DNA of 32,000 nt from the NCBI GenBank assembly GCA_037444445.1, contig JBBIMK010000011.1, positions 29,083-61,082 of the forward strand. The letters run 5' to 3'. The stretch is from a bacterium. GTDB lineage: Bacteria > UBP7 > UBA6624 > JBBIMK01. Positions 15,617-23,649 of the stretch are shown here, piece after piece. Made by a program: the position numbers and the translations under genes. Position 1 is the stretch's first letter. Every line of letters starts with the position of its first letter. The notes below the pieces were generated by a model. That model was not told the DNA's origin and did no database searches. It saw only the letters and a list, made by a program, of their open reading frames with translations.

Positions 15617-18151
15617 GTGGTGGGAAAGATAACGGCGAGCACTCCCCAATCAGAAGGAACTGGAATCCAGCATATCAACCGGCAAATCCCACCCCTCGCC
15701 CACGCGCCGATGCATGTCTGGCACAAGTTCTGGTCTCGCAAGACCTGGAATGTGGTCGCAGAGCATATCAAGTGCTATTGCCCGGAGGGCGGGGTCGTTC
15801 TGGACCCGTTCGCGGGCAGCGGGGTCACCGCTATGGAAGCTCTCAGGAACGGACGGCGTGCCATCGTTTGCGATATTCTGCCCGTTGCCACCGAAATTAT
15901 TCGCCTCACCATCCAACCCGTGAACATTGAAGAACTCCAAAAAGCGTTCCGACGGGTAGAGAGGAGAGTAAGGAACAGAATTGAAAGATTGTATATGACC
16001 AAGTGTCGGAAATGTGGGGCTGAATTCCCCTTTACCTGCGCTGTCTGGGATGCGGGAGAATTGGAAGAAATCCGTTATGAACAGTGTCCGAAATGCGGCG
16101 ACCGCAGGGAACAGAATTGCCCCCCCACATCTTCGGATATTGCTTTGCTTCGTCAGATAGAATCGCGGCAGGTCAAGGAATGGTATCCGCGGAATCGGTT
16201 GTACTATCCGGACGGGCGGGCTTTCAAGGAAAAACAGCAGTACGAATCACTGGACCAACTGTTCACAAAGCGGAATCTTCAAGCCCTCGCCTGGCTCATG
16301 GATGCCATAGAGAAAGAACCCAACCCTTTGCTCAGGGATTTTTTGAAGATTGCCTTTACCTCAATGGTCCACTTGTGTAGCCGGCTTGCGGCCGCTGGTC
16401 GTCCCGGTTATCGCCCATTTAGTGGCGTGGGATGGAACCAGCAGAGTTACTGGTATACGCCGCTTTACTTAGAATCCAATATCTGGCTCAAATTTGAAAG
16501 CGCCATCTTTGGTCCACAGGGGCTTCTCAGAGGCAAGGAGGAATCTAATGAGTATTTTGCAAATAAACGCATGGTCAAAACCCTCCGCACCTTTCTAAAG
16601 GGGACGGGCCACATCTACATCCACACCGGCGATTGCCTGAGATTGATGAAACAAATGCCGGATGGCTGTGTGAATTACATTTTCACCGACCCACCTTATG
16701 CATCCTCCATTCAATTCGGAGAACTGGCATATCTCTGGGTTGCGTGGCTCAAGAAAGACAAGGGCTACTTAGACAGCCTGTTGCGAGATGAGGTTGTGGA
16801 AAACCTGAATCAAGGCAAATCTTTTGATTTTTATATAGCCAGAGTGAGAACAGCCTTTGACGAAATGTTCCGCGTCCTCAAGCGGGGTGGGTGGCTGACC
16901 GTCACTTTTCATAATCCTACACTCAAAGTGAGGAATGCAACAATCCGGGCCGGGCATATTGCGGGGTTTGATTTTGAGCATATCCATCTGCAGGAACTGG
17001 CTCGTCCTTCGGCAAAATCGCTTCTCCAGCCTTACGGGTCTGCCCACGGTGACTTCTATCTGCGATTTCGCAAGCCGGCCGCTGTAAGGACTTTGACCGC
17101 AGGTGAACGAACAGCAGATAAGTTTGAGCGTGTGGTCGTGGATGCGGTGATTCAAGTCCTTGCAGAGCGCGGGGAAGCAACCCCAAAGTATGTGATAGAT
17201 AACTATGTGGACCCCATCCTCTCCAGGAACGGGTTCTTCCCGTCCATAGAAGTGGACGGAAAAACATTGAGTGTGGATGAGGTTCTGAAGAGGCACGAGG
17301 GGCAGGAATTCATCAAGGTGCCAATGGAAGTTGGTGGGCACAAGGGCTATGGCTGGTGGTTGAAAAACCCGCAACAGGTCAAGAACCTTGAGAAAATCCC
17401 CCTTTCAGAGCGTGTGGACCAGGCGATTATACGCTTGCTGATGGAGAGGGGAAAAGCCACTTTCACAGAAGCATTGGAGAAAGTCTTTACAGAATTCCCC
17501 AATTCGTTGACTACGGACAGCACAAGCGTAAAGGAAGCGCTGGAACGCTATGGCAACAAGCGAGGAAGTGGCTCCTCCGCTACTTATGTGCTAAAGCCTG
17601 TCATCAGACAAACTGAAAGAGAGCACGACCAAATCATCGGGCACCTCGCTGAAATCGGCAGGGCCCTCGGATACGGGGTATGGATCGGGATGCCCGAACA
17701 ATCCAGAACATATCCACGCAAGAATAAACCCCTGAGTGAATGGGTTACCGCAGACCTCAACCAGGTGGACAATGTGCTGAGCCTTGAGGATGCAGAAAGG
17801 GTAGATTGTCTCTGGGTGAGCGAAAGAAAAATTGTCTATTCTTTTGATGTAGATAGGTTTACTCCGCTGATGGAGTCGCTGAGGCGCGGCGCCAGTATCT
17901 CAGAACCTGTGAAACGGTATCTTGTCCTTCCGGATGAACGCCACACTCAATTCCAGAAAAGGCTGAAGAACCCGCTGTTCAACGAGGATTACGAGAAATA
18001 TGGATGGGATGTTCTTTACTTCAGCGCCCTTCAGTCCAACTTCAAATCCCTGAAAGCCGGCAAAAAGACGATAGAAGAAATAGCCGGTTCCCCTCCCGAG
18101 AATCCCCACCGCAATCCCGAAGTGAAGCCCACAAAATTATTTGACCCCTGA
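15617..18151 (+). CDS. DNA N6-adenine/N4-cytosine methyltransferase with permuted motif order, Zn ribbon, winged-helix-like middle region and C-terminal PD-(D/E)xK-like domain
   Basis: 844 aa. The GTG start follows AGGTGAG. Motif X/I at the N-terminus (MHVWHKFWSRK...VVLDPFAGSGVTAMEA, aa 32-75). CxxC...CxxC at aa 130-160. TGDCLRLMKQMPDGCVNYIFTDPPY at aa 337-361. FRVLKRGGWLTVTF. C-terminus EREHDQIIGHLAEIGRALGYGVWIG...VDCLWVSERKIVYSFDVDR (aa 667-747). Confidence 0.85.
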   Translation: MVGKITASTPQSEGTGIQHINRQIPPLAHAPMHVWHKFWSRKTWNVVAEHIKCYCPEGGVVLDPFAGSGVTAMEALRNGRRAIVCDILPVATEIIRLTIQPVNIEELQKAFRRVERRVRNRIERLYMTKCRKCGAEFPFTCAVWDAGELEEIRYEQCPKCGDRREQNCPPTSSDIALLRQIESRQVKEWYPRNRLYYPDGRAFKEKQQYESLDQLFTKRNLQALAWLMDAIEKEPNPLLRDFLKIAFTSMVHLCSRLAAAGRPGYRPFSGVGWNQQSYWYTPLYLESNIWLKFESAIFGPQGLLRGKEESNEYFANKRMVKTLRTFLKGTGHIYIHTGDCLRLMKQMPDGCVNYIFTDPPYASSIQFGELAYLWVAWLKKDKGYLDSLLRDEVVENLNQGKSFDFYIARVRTAFDEMFRVLKRGGWLTVTFHNPTLKVRNATIRAGHIAGFDFEHIHLQELARPSAKSLLQPYGSAHGDFYLRFRKPAAVRTLTAGERTADKFERVVVDAVIQVLAERGEATPKYVIDNYVDPILSRNGFFPSIEVDGKTLSVDEVLKRHEGQEFIKVPMEVGGHKGYGWWLKNPQQVKNLEKIPLSERVDQAIIRLLMERGKATFTEALEKVFTEFPNSLTTDSTSVKEALERYGNKRGSGSSATYVLKPVIRQTEREHDQIIGHLAEIGRALGYGVWIGMPEQSRTYPRKNKPLSEWVTADLNQVDNVLSLEDAERVDCLWVSERKIVYSFDVDRFTPLMESLRRGASISEPVKRYLVLPDERHTQFQKRLKNPLFNEDYEKYGWDVLYFSALQSNFKSLKAGKKTIEEIAGSPPENPHRNPEVKPTKLFDP

Positions 18152-18207
18152 GTGAAATCAGTTAGGAACCCGCAAATCCACATAGAAAGTGCAATAGGAG
18201 GGAAAAA

Positions 18208-18744
18208 GTGAAGAGAAATAAAGTCCTGAATTATCCCTGGTATGTGTGGTCCTTTATAGGAATTGGATTGGGTGTCGCCGTATTAGCAACTTTCTGTAAG
18301 ATATCGGTTGAATTGGGGACGATGTGGATACTCTTGCTCACTCTCATCGCTGTCATCCTCTATTTTTATGAGACAAAGCGGATTGCTGATTGGGGGCCGA
18401 TGCAGTTCCGCCTGTACTGGATTTCGGAAGTTTTCCGCTATACACTCAATAAAAGGATTGATGACTGTATTTCAGCTCTTAAATCAGATAAAAGGGAGGG
18501 GTTGGATGCTTCTATTAGAAAGGAGATAAATAGCCAGTTAAGTTTTCTGGCTGAGTTGTGGCCAGACCCGAGCGCAGGGAAGAAAATCGGGGAAGAAAAG
18601 AGGGACGAGTTTGAGAAGAAATGGGAGGCAGTTGATGAGAAATATACAGAGAAAAACCGCTGCGAGCTTAGTAGTTATTTATATGAACTAAAAAATTGGC
18701 TCCAAACTGAGTTGGGGAAACTGGCTAAACTGCCAGACCCCTGA
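18208..18744 (+). CDS. two-TM membrane protein with charged helical cytoplasmic tail
   Basis: 178 aa. The GTG start is 6 nt after GGAGGG. TM1 is YVWSFIGIGLGVAVLATF, TM2 is MWILLLTLIAVILYFY. The C-terminal ~110 aa are Lys/Glu-rich. Visibly more AT-rich than the flanks. Confidence 0.65.
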   Translation: MKRNKVLNYPWYVWSFIGIGLGVAVLATFCKISVELGTMWILLLTLIAVILYFYETKRIADWGPMQFRLYWISEVFRYTLNKRIDDCISALKSDKREGLDASIRKEINSQLSFLAELWPDPSAGKKIGEEKRDEFEKKWEAVDEKYTEKNRCELSSYLYELKNWLQTELGKLAKLPDP

Positions 18745-19012
18745 TACTGACAGAGTAAGGGTTCTTGGTTCTATAAGGTCAAGCCCACACCAAAATCCTC
18801 TAATCAAGACACCTGCAATACCAGGAGACAAGAGGGTCGTGCCTGACGAGTGAGCCACCAAACCGCCTCCCGCCTAACAGCCTCAGGTGGCAGGCCTTGA
18901 AACTTGACTTATCCTCAAATCCAGATACCAGGCCTTGCCAAAACGCGTCTCTAAACTTCGGTATCATTGGGTAAAATTTCAAGATCAGATACCTCTGACC
19001 CACATGCGAACC

Positions 19013-19052
19013 CCTTGACACAAATATAGGGGGTAGGTAGTATAATAATGGT
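19013..19052 (+). repeat. promoter-like direct repeat, copy B
   Basis: Same 23-mer and 12-mer as copy A, separated by 2 nt instead of 5. TTGACA at 19015-19020, TATAAT at 19041-19046 (20-nt spacing), or TAGTAT at 17-nt spacing. It lies upstream of the 96-aa ORF, which has GGAGG at 19084-19088. Confidence 0.8.
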
Positions 19053-19097
19053 GAGGCGAATCGGTTTTGAGGCAATGAGGGAAGGAGGCGTGATGAG

Positions 19098-19388
19098 ATG
19101 AAAGAGAAGACTTATATGGAAAAACTGGACCGGGAGGGACGCAGGAAGTTTATGCTGGCGACGCAACTGCTCAGGGATTCCCTTTCCGATGTAGAATCCA
19201 CCCGGCAAAGAGCGGGTATGACCCTGATGGCGCTGCAACGGGAACTTCTGCCAGCCCTGAAGGCCCTTCACGAGAACCCGGAAGCCCTGAGAGAGGCGGG
19301 GCTGGAGCCATCACGCCGCACCCTCACCGCTCTGAGAGGCATCGCTTTCTTCCGGAGTGCGTTTTGTGGCAAAATACCCTTTTCATAA
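19098..19388 (+). CDS. hypothetical helical protein (96 aa)
   Basis: GGAGG lies 9 nt upstream. Driven by repeat copy B. No recognisable family. Confidence 0.5.
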   Translation: MKEKTYMEKLDREGRRKFMLATQLLRDSLSDVESTRQRAGMTLMALQRELLPALKALHENPEALREAGLEPSRRTLTALRGIAFFRSAFCGKIPFS

Positions 19389-19422
19389 AGGGCAGGTAGC
19401 CCTCCCCTACAATGCCGTTTTT

Positions 19423-20337
19423 TTATATGTAGCCGAGGGAGCGCAGTAGGTCTTCCCGCTGTCGCCACTTCTTCTTCACTTTCACCCAGAGTTCTAAATA
19501 GATATGCCTGCCGAGGAGTTTTTCTATATCCTTTCGGGCGGAAGAGCCGATGGCCTTCAACATAGCTCCATCCTTACCGATGAGGATTTTCTTCTGGGAT
19601 TCCTGCTCCACTGCGAGAATGGCTGAGATATGAAGTAAGTCCCTTTTCTCCTCCAGAGTTACATCCATCACGGCGGTAGAATGAGGGATTTCCTCTTTTG
19701 TGAGTTCAAAAACCTTCTCCCGGATGATTTCAGCGATTTGCAGGGGGAGGGGTAAATCTGTCTTCATCTCCGCTGGAAAATAGGGGGGTCCTTCGGGCAG
19801 AATGGATAGAATTTCCTGCAGGAGCCGGTTCAGGTGGATTCCTTTCAATGCAGAAATCAAGAAAGTCTTTTGAAATGGGAAGACAGCGGATAAGGATTTT
19901 TCACGGGCGTGCCACTGGTTCTCAGCAATCAAATCAATCTTGTTAATCAGAAGGAACACCGGAGTGGAAAGGGCAGAGAGTTTTTGAAGAGCCAGGGATT
20001 CCCAGTTCCCTATCCCTTTTGTGGCATCCACGAGGAACAGGATGAGGTCGGAGCCGGAAAGAGCCTGAAAAGCGGTGGAAACGAGGAATTGTTCCACGGG
20101 CAGGCGTGGGTTCACGATTCCGGGCGTGTCCACGAAAACAATCTGGGCATCGGGCAGGTGTAGAACGGCGGAGGTTTTGAATCGGGTGGTCTGAGGCTTT
20201 TCAGAGATGATGGAAACCTTTTCGCCCACGAGAGCATTCACCAGGGTGGATTTCCCCGTATTGGTGGCGCCTGAAACGACCACGATACCCGAACGAAAAG
20301 CCACCCTATCCTTCTTTTCTCCCTGCCCCCCACCCAA
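19423..20337 (-). CDS. era: GTPase Era
   Basis: G1 GATNTGKST, G2 PQTTR, G3 DTPG, G4 NKID, C-terminal KH domain (KKILIGKDGAMLKAIG). The ATG at 20337 overlaps nadK by 32 nt. The alternative GTG at 20304 starts 2 nt after the nadK stop. Confidence 0.9.
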   Translation of the reverse strand: MGGGQGEKKDRVAFRSGIVVVSGATNTGKSTLVNALVGEKVSIISEKPQTTRFKTSAVLHLPDAQIVFVDTPGIVNPRLPVEQFLVSTAFQALSGSDLILFLVDATKGIGNWESLALQKLSALSTPVFLLINKIDLIAENQWHAREKSLSAVFPFQKTFLISALKGIHLNRLLQEILSILPEGPPYFPAEMKTDLPLPLQIAEIIREKVFELTKEEIPHSTAVMDVTLEEKRDLLHISAILAVEQESQKKILIGKDGAMLKAIGSSARKDIEKLLGRHIYLELWVKVKKKWRQREDLLRSLGYI

Positions 20338-21148
20338 ATTTCTTCATCAGAACCGTGTAAAAGGAAAACGGTTTCAAACGCACCAATCGGAAGATGTAGG
20401 GAGACACGGTCATCTTCACCTGGCTCTCCGGTGGGATTTTTAACCCATACTGACCATCCACGGTGACCATCAGGGCGGGTTCCTTCCTGGATTTCACCAC
20501 AATCTCGCTATGGGGAGGAAGAACGAGGGGTCGAACGCTGAGCATGTGAGGGCAGATGAGAGTTAAAATCAATGCCCTCACTCTCGGGTCTATAATGGAA
20601 CCTCCGGCGGAAAGATTATAAGCGGTAGAGCCCGTGGGGGTGGACACAATGATGCCATCAGCAGGAACTCCCTGAATCTCTTCCCCATCCACGGAGAAAT
20701 CAAAGTAGGCGGTTTTGATATAATCTACTTCCCGAATCACGAAATCATTCACCGCTATATACCGGTGTGGGGTAGAGGTTTCTGCCAGCAAGGTCATCCG
20801 TTCTTCCAGAGAGTATTTCCCATCCAGCAGGCGGTTCACCCATTGCGGGAGTTCCGAGAGGCTGACTTCCGTGAGGAAGCCGAATCGTCCAAGATTCACA
20901 CCCAGAACCGGGATATTCAACGGGGCGGCTAACCGCCCCGTGGTCAGCAGAGTCCCATCTCCTCCCAGGGCTATCATCAGGTCAATTTCCGGTTTTTCTT
21001 CCACCGGCACGGCATACATCTCCTTTTTTACCGCATCTTCATCGTAAATCTTCAAGCACTCCACTTTCCGCTGAAATAGTGCTTTCACTGATTCCAGCGC
21101 TTCCCGTGAACCGGCGGAATGAGGATTGATTTTTATGCCCAGCCTCAT
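20306..21148 (-). CDS. nadK: NAD(+) kinase
   Basis: GGDGTLL motif, NLGRFGFL, STPTGSTAYNLSAGG. ATGA overlap with tlyA. Confidence 0.9.
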   Translation of the reverse strand: MRLGIKINPHSAGSREALESVKALFQRKVECLKIYDEDAVKKEMYAVPVEEKPEIDLMIALGGDGTLLTTGRLAAPLNIPVLGVNLGRFGFLTEVSLSELPQWVNRLLDGKYSLEERMTLLAETSTPHRYIAVNDFVIREVDYIKTAYFDFSVDGEEIQGVPADGIIVSTPTGSTAYNLSAGGSIIDPRVRALILTLICPHMLSVRPLVLPPHSEIVVKSRKEPALMVTVDGQYGLKIPPESQVKMTVSPYIFRLVRLKPFSFYTVLMKKFGWGAGRKEG

Positions 21149-21963
21149 ATCGCCACCTTCTGACTGAAAAATTCTTGATGCGCCTGCTGAACGACCTCCT
21201 GAACGGGTATTTCGTTAGTAGGCTCCTGGCAAGCCATCAGCAGGAAAAATTCCAGGTTCCCTTTCGGACCCCGTAAAGGAGAAAAGGTGAGAGCCCGGGG
21301 AAAGTAGCCCTGTTCTCTAACGGAAGAAAGGACTTTCCGAATCACTTCCTGATGAACCAGAGGGTCTTTCACCACACCCTTTTTTACTTTCTCCCTCGGG
21401 GCTTCAAACTGGGGTTTCAGTAGAGCAAGAAGAAGAGAGGAAGGGTTCAAAAAGACCTTCAGGGGAGTGAGAAGTTTTCCGATGGAAATGAAGGAAACAT
21501 CCAGAGTCAGGAGGGCAATCTGCCCTTCCCATTTCTTCACCAGCTCTGCCGGTGGGTAGCGGAGGTTCACTCTCTCCCACACCTCTACCTTTGGGTTCTT
21601 TCTCAATAGGACATCCAGTTGACCGTAGCCCACATCCACCGCAATCACCCGTCGGGCGCCGTGAAGAAGCAGGCAGTGGGTGAACCCACCGGTGGAAGCG
21701 CCACCATCCAGGCATATTTTATCCTTCACATCCACGCCGAGCACCTGGAGGGCTCTCTCCAGCTTCACCCCTCCCCGGCTGACATAAGGGAAAGCCTGCT
21801 TTCGGATTTCAATCGGGGCATTTTCCTCCACCCGTGTTCCCGCCTTCGTCACCGGAAGAGAATGAACATATACCCTCCCTTCCATCAAAGCGGCTTGCGC
21901 CCTGGACCGGGTTTCAAATAATCCCCGCTCCACCAGGAGCGTGTCTATCCGTTTTCGGCTCAC
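21145..21963 (-). CDS. tlyA: TlyA-family rRNA (cytidine-2'-O)-methyltransferase
   Basis: N-terminal S4 domain (RIDTLLVERGLFETRSRAQAALMEGRV), FtsJ-type SAM site LDGGASTGGFT, DVSFIS. Confidence 0.85.
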   Translation of the reverse strand: MSRKRIDTLLVERGLFETRSRAQAALMEGRVYVHSLPVTKAGTRVEENAPIEIRKQAFPYVSRGGVKLERALQVLGVDVKDKICLDGGASTGGFTHCLLLHGARRVIAVDVGYGQLDVLLRKNPKVEVWERVNLRYPPAELVKKWEGQIALLTLDVSFISIGKLLTPLKVFLNPSSLLLALLKPQFEAPREKVKKGVVKDPLVHQEVIRKVLSSVREQGYFPRALTFSPLRGPKGNLEFFLLMACQEPTNEIPVQEVVQQAHQEFFSQKVAI

Positions 21964-23475
21964 CTATCGCTTCAGAATCAGGTACCTCAGGAAATTGTTC
22001 TCTTGCTTTACATGCAAGCCCAGCCTGGTAGCGTTCTGGTATTTCTTCATCAGATTTCGGTAATCTCCTATGTTCTGGACTTTTTGCCCTTCTATCTGGA
22101 CGATGACCTGGTTGGGTTCCAGACCTGCACGGCTGGCAGGAGTTCCCAGTTCCACCCGGGTGATTAGAACACCCTCCACAGGCGAAATGCCCAGGTCCTT
22201 CGCCTCTTCAGAGGTGAGAGTTTTCACCGTCATTCCCCACTCTTTTGACTTTTCCTCCTGACCCTCTTCTTCCGGTGGCCCTTCTTCTTCTGGTGTTTCC
22301 TGCATCTGTTTGGGTAAAGAAGCGATTTTGACGGAAAGGATTTTCTGGGTTTTCTCCCGGAGCAGAGTAATGTCCACCGGGGTACCCGGGGGAGTGCGAA
22401 CGACTTTCTCCCGCAGGTCCCGGGAATCTTTAATCTTTTCACCCTGGTATTTTAAGAGGACATCCCCTGCCTGGATACCCGCTTTCTCCGCCGGGGAATC
22501 CTGTTCCACTTTAGAAATGAAGACCCCAAATTTTTCGGGGAGGTCAAAAGAGCGAGCCGCCTCCTCGGTCAAATCTTGCATCCAGACGCCGAGGTATCCG
22601 ATTTCCACCTTTCCTGTTCGGATGATTTCGTCAGCGGCCCGTCTGGCGATTTTCCCGGGAATTGCGAAACTAATCCCCTCCGCAGAGGCAAGAATGGCGG
22701 TGTTCACGCCCACCACTTCCCCTTTCAGGTTCACCAGTGGACCCCCGCTATTGCCGGGATTGATGGCCGCGTCGGTTTGTAGCAAATCTACTCGTAAATT
22801 CAGCATGGGACGCCCAAAACCACTGATGATGCCCTGCGTTACCGTATGGTCAAACCCGAATGGGTTCCCGATGGCCACCACCCATTCCCCGATTTCCAGT
22901 GCATCGGAATCTCCGAAAGCCGCTGTGGGAAGAGTTTCCTTTGCATTGATTCTGACCACGGCGATGTCAAAAGGTTCCGACAGCCCCACCAGTTTCCCCT
23001 CATAAGAATTTCCGTCAGTCAGTTTCACATTGATTTCATCCACCCCTTTGACCACATGGGCGTTCGTGACGATATAGCCGTCGGGAGTGATGATAAAACC
23101 CGACCCCAGGGATTGCTCGGGAGGTGCCGGCTCCTCTGGAACCTCGGGAAAGGGTATTTCTTCCCCAAAGAACCGACGAAATCTCTGCGAAATCCCTTTT
23201 CTTCCCTTCTTGGTGCCGATGTTCACCACAGCCGGTCCTACCACTTTCGCCACCTGTGTGATGGCGGTTCTCAGGTCGGATGTTGAACTCAGAGGGGGTG
23301 AACTGGCCGCAGGAGTTTTCACCACCCCGGATACTGGGTTCAGGGAATGAACTCCGGCGAGCATTGACCTCCCCCGGGGCTCTGTATTCCCCCATATCCT
23401 CACCGCAAATGCGCCCAGGAAAATCCCCGCAACCACGCTTACGAAAAGCCAGATTTTCACTTCTTTCCCCTTCAT
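21964..23475 (-). CDS. htrA: HtrA/DegP-family periplasmic serine protease with two PDZ domains
   Basis: TNAHV, D(I)AV, GNSGGPLVN catalytic triad context. N-terminal membrane anchor. Two PDZ-like segments. The ATG at 23475 follows GAGGTG by 5 nt. The track start at 23493 is 6 codons upstream. Confidence 0.9.
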   Translation of the reverse strand: MKGKEVKIWLFVSVVAGIFLGAFAVRIWGNTEPRGRSMLAGVHSLNPVSGVVKTPAASSPPLSSTSDLRTAITQVAKVVGPAVVNIGTKKGRKGISQRFRRFFGEEIPFPEVPEEPAPPEQSLGSGFIITPDGYIVTNAHVVKGVDEINVKLTDGNSYEGKLVGLSEPFDIAVVRINAKETLPTAAFGDSDALEIGEWVVAIGNPFGFDHTVTQGIISGFGRPMLNLRVDLLQTDAAINPGNSGGPLVNLKGEVVGVNTAILASAEGISFAIPGKIARRAADEIIRTGKVEIGYLGVWMQDLTEEAARSFDLPEKFGVFISKVEQDSPAEKAGIQAGDVLLKYQGEKIKDSRDLREKVVRTPPGTPVDITLLREKTQKILSVKIASLPKQMQETPEEEGPPEEEGQEEKSKEWGMTVKTLTSEEAKDLGISPVEGVLITRVELGTPASRAGLEPNQVIVQIEGQKVQNIGDYRNLMKKYQNATRLGLHVKQENNFLRYLILKR

Positions 23476-23649
23476 ATTTTCACCTCTTCTCATTCCATTG
23501 CATATTATATCTTACCAGAACAACCTGACAGATTCAAGCCTGATGGTGTGGACGAAAAAAACAGGGAAAGAGCGTCATTCAACTGGAGGGAGTTCTTTAT
23601 TTTTCCCTCGGGTCTTCACCGGGCGGGGATAAATACCTTTGCCTTTCCG

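Noticed and set aside
14933-17374. Minus-strand ORFs 14933..15433 (166 aa) and 16769..17374 (201 aa) within the island
   Set aside because: They lie antisense to ORFs with RadC-like and methyltransferase motifs. They have no RBS and no motifs.
19389-19421. Possible bidirectional terminator between the 96-aa ORF and era (AGGGC-AGGTA-GCCCT, then T7 at 19415-19421)
   Set aside because: The stem is only 5 bp, and the T-run is 12 nt from the hairpin on the plus strand. On the minus strand the trailing sequence is not U-rich. This is too weak to call.
22310-23005. 231-aa plus-strand ORF opposite htrA
   Set aside because: Shadow of a protease gene with an intact catalytic triad and PDZ domains.
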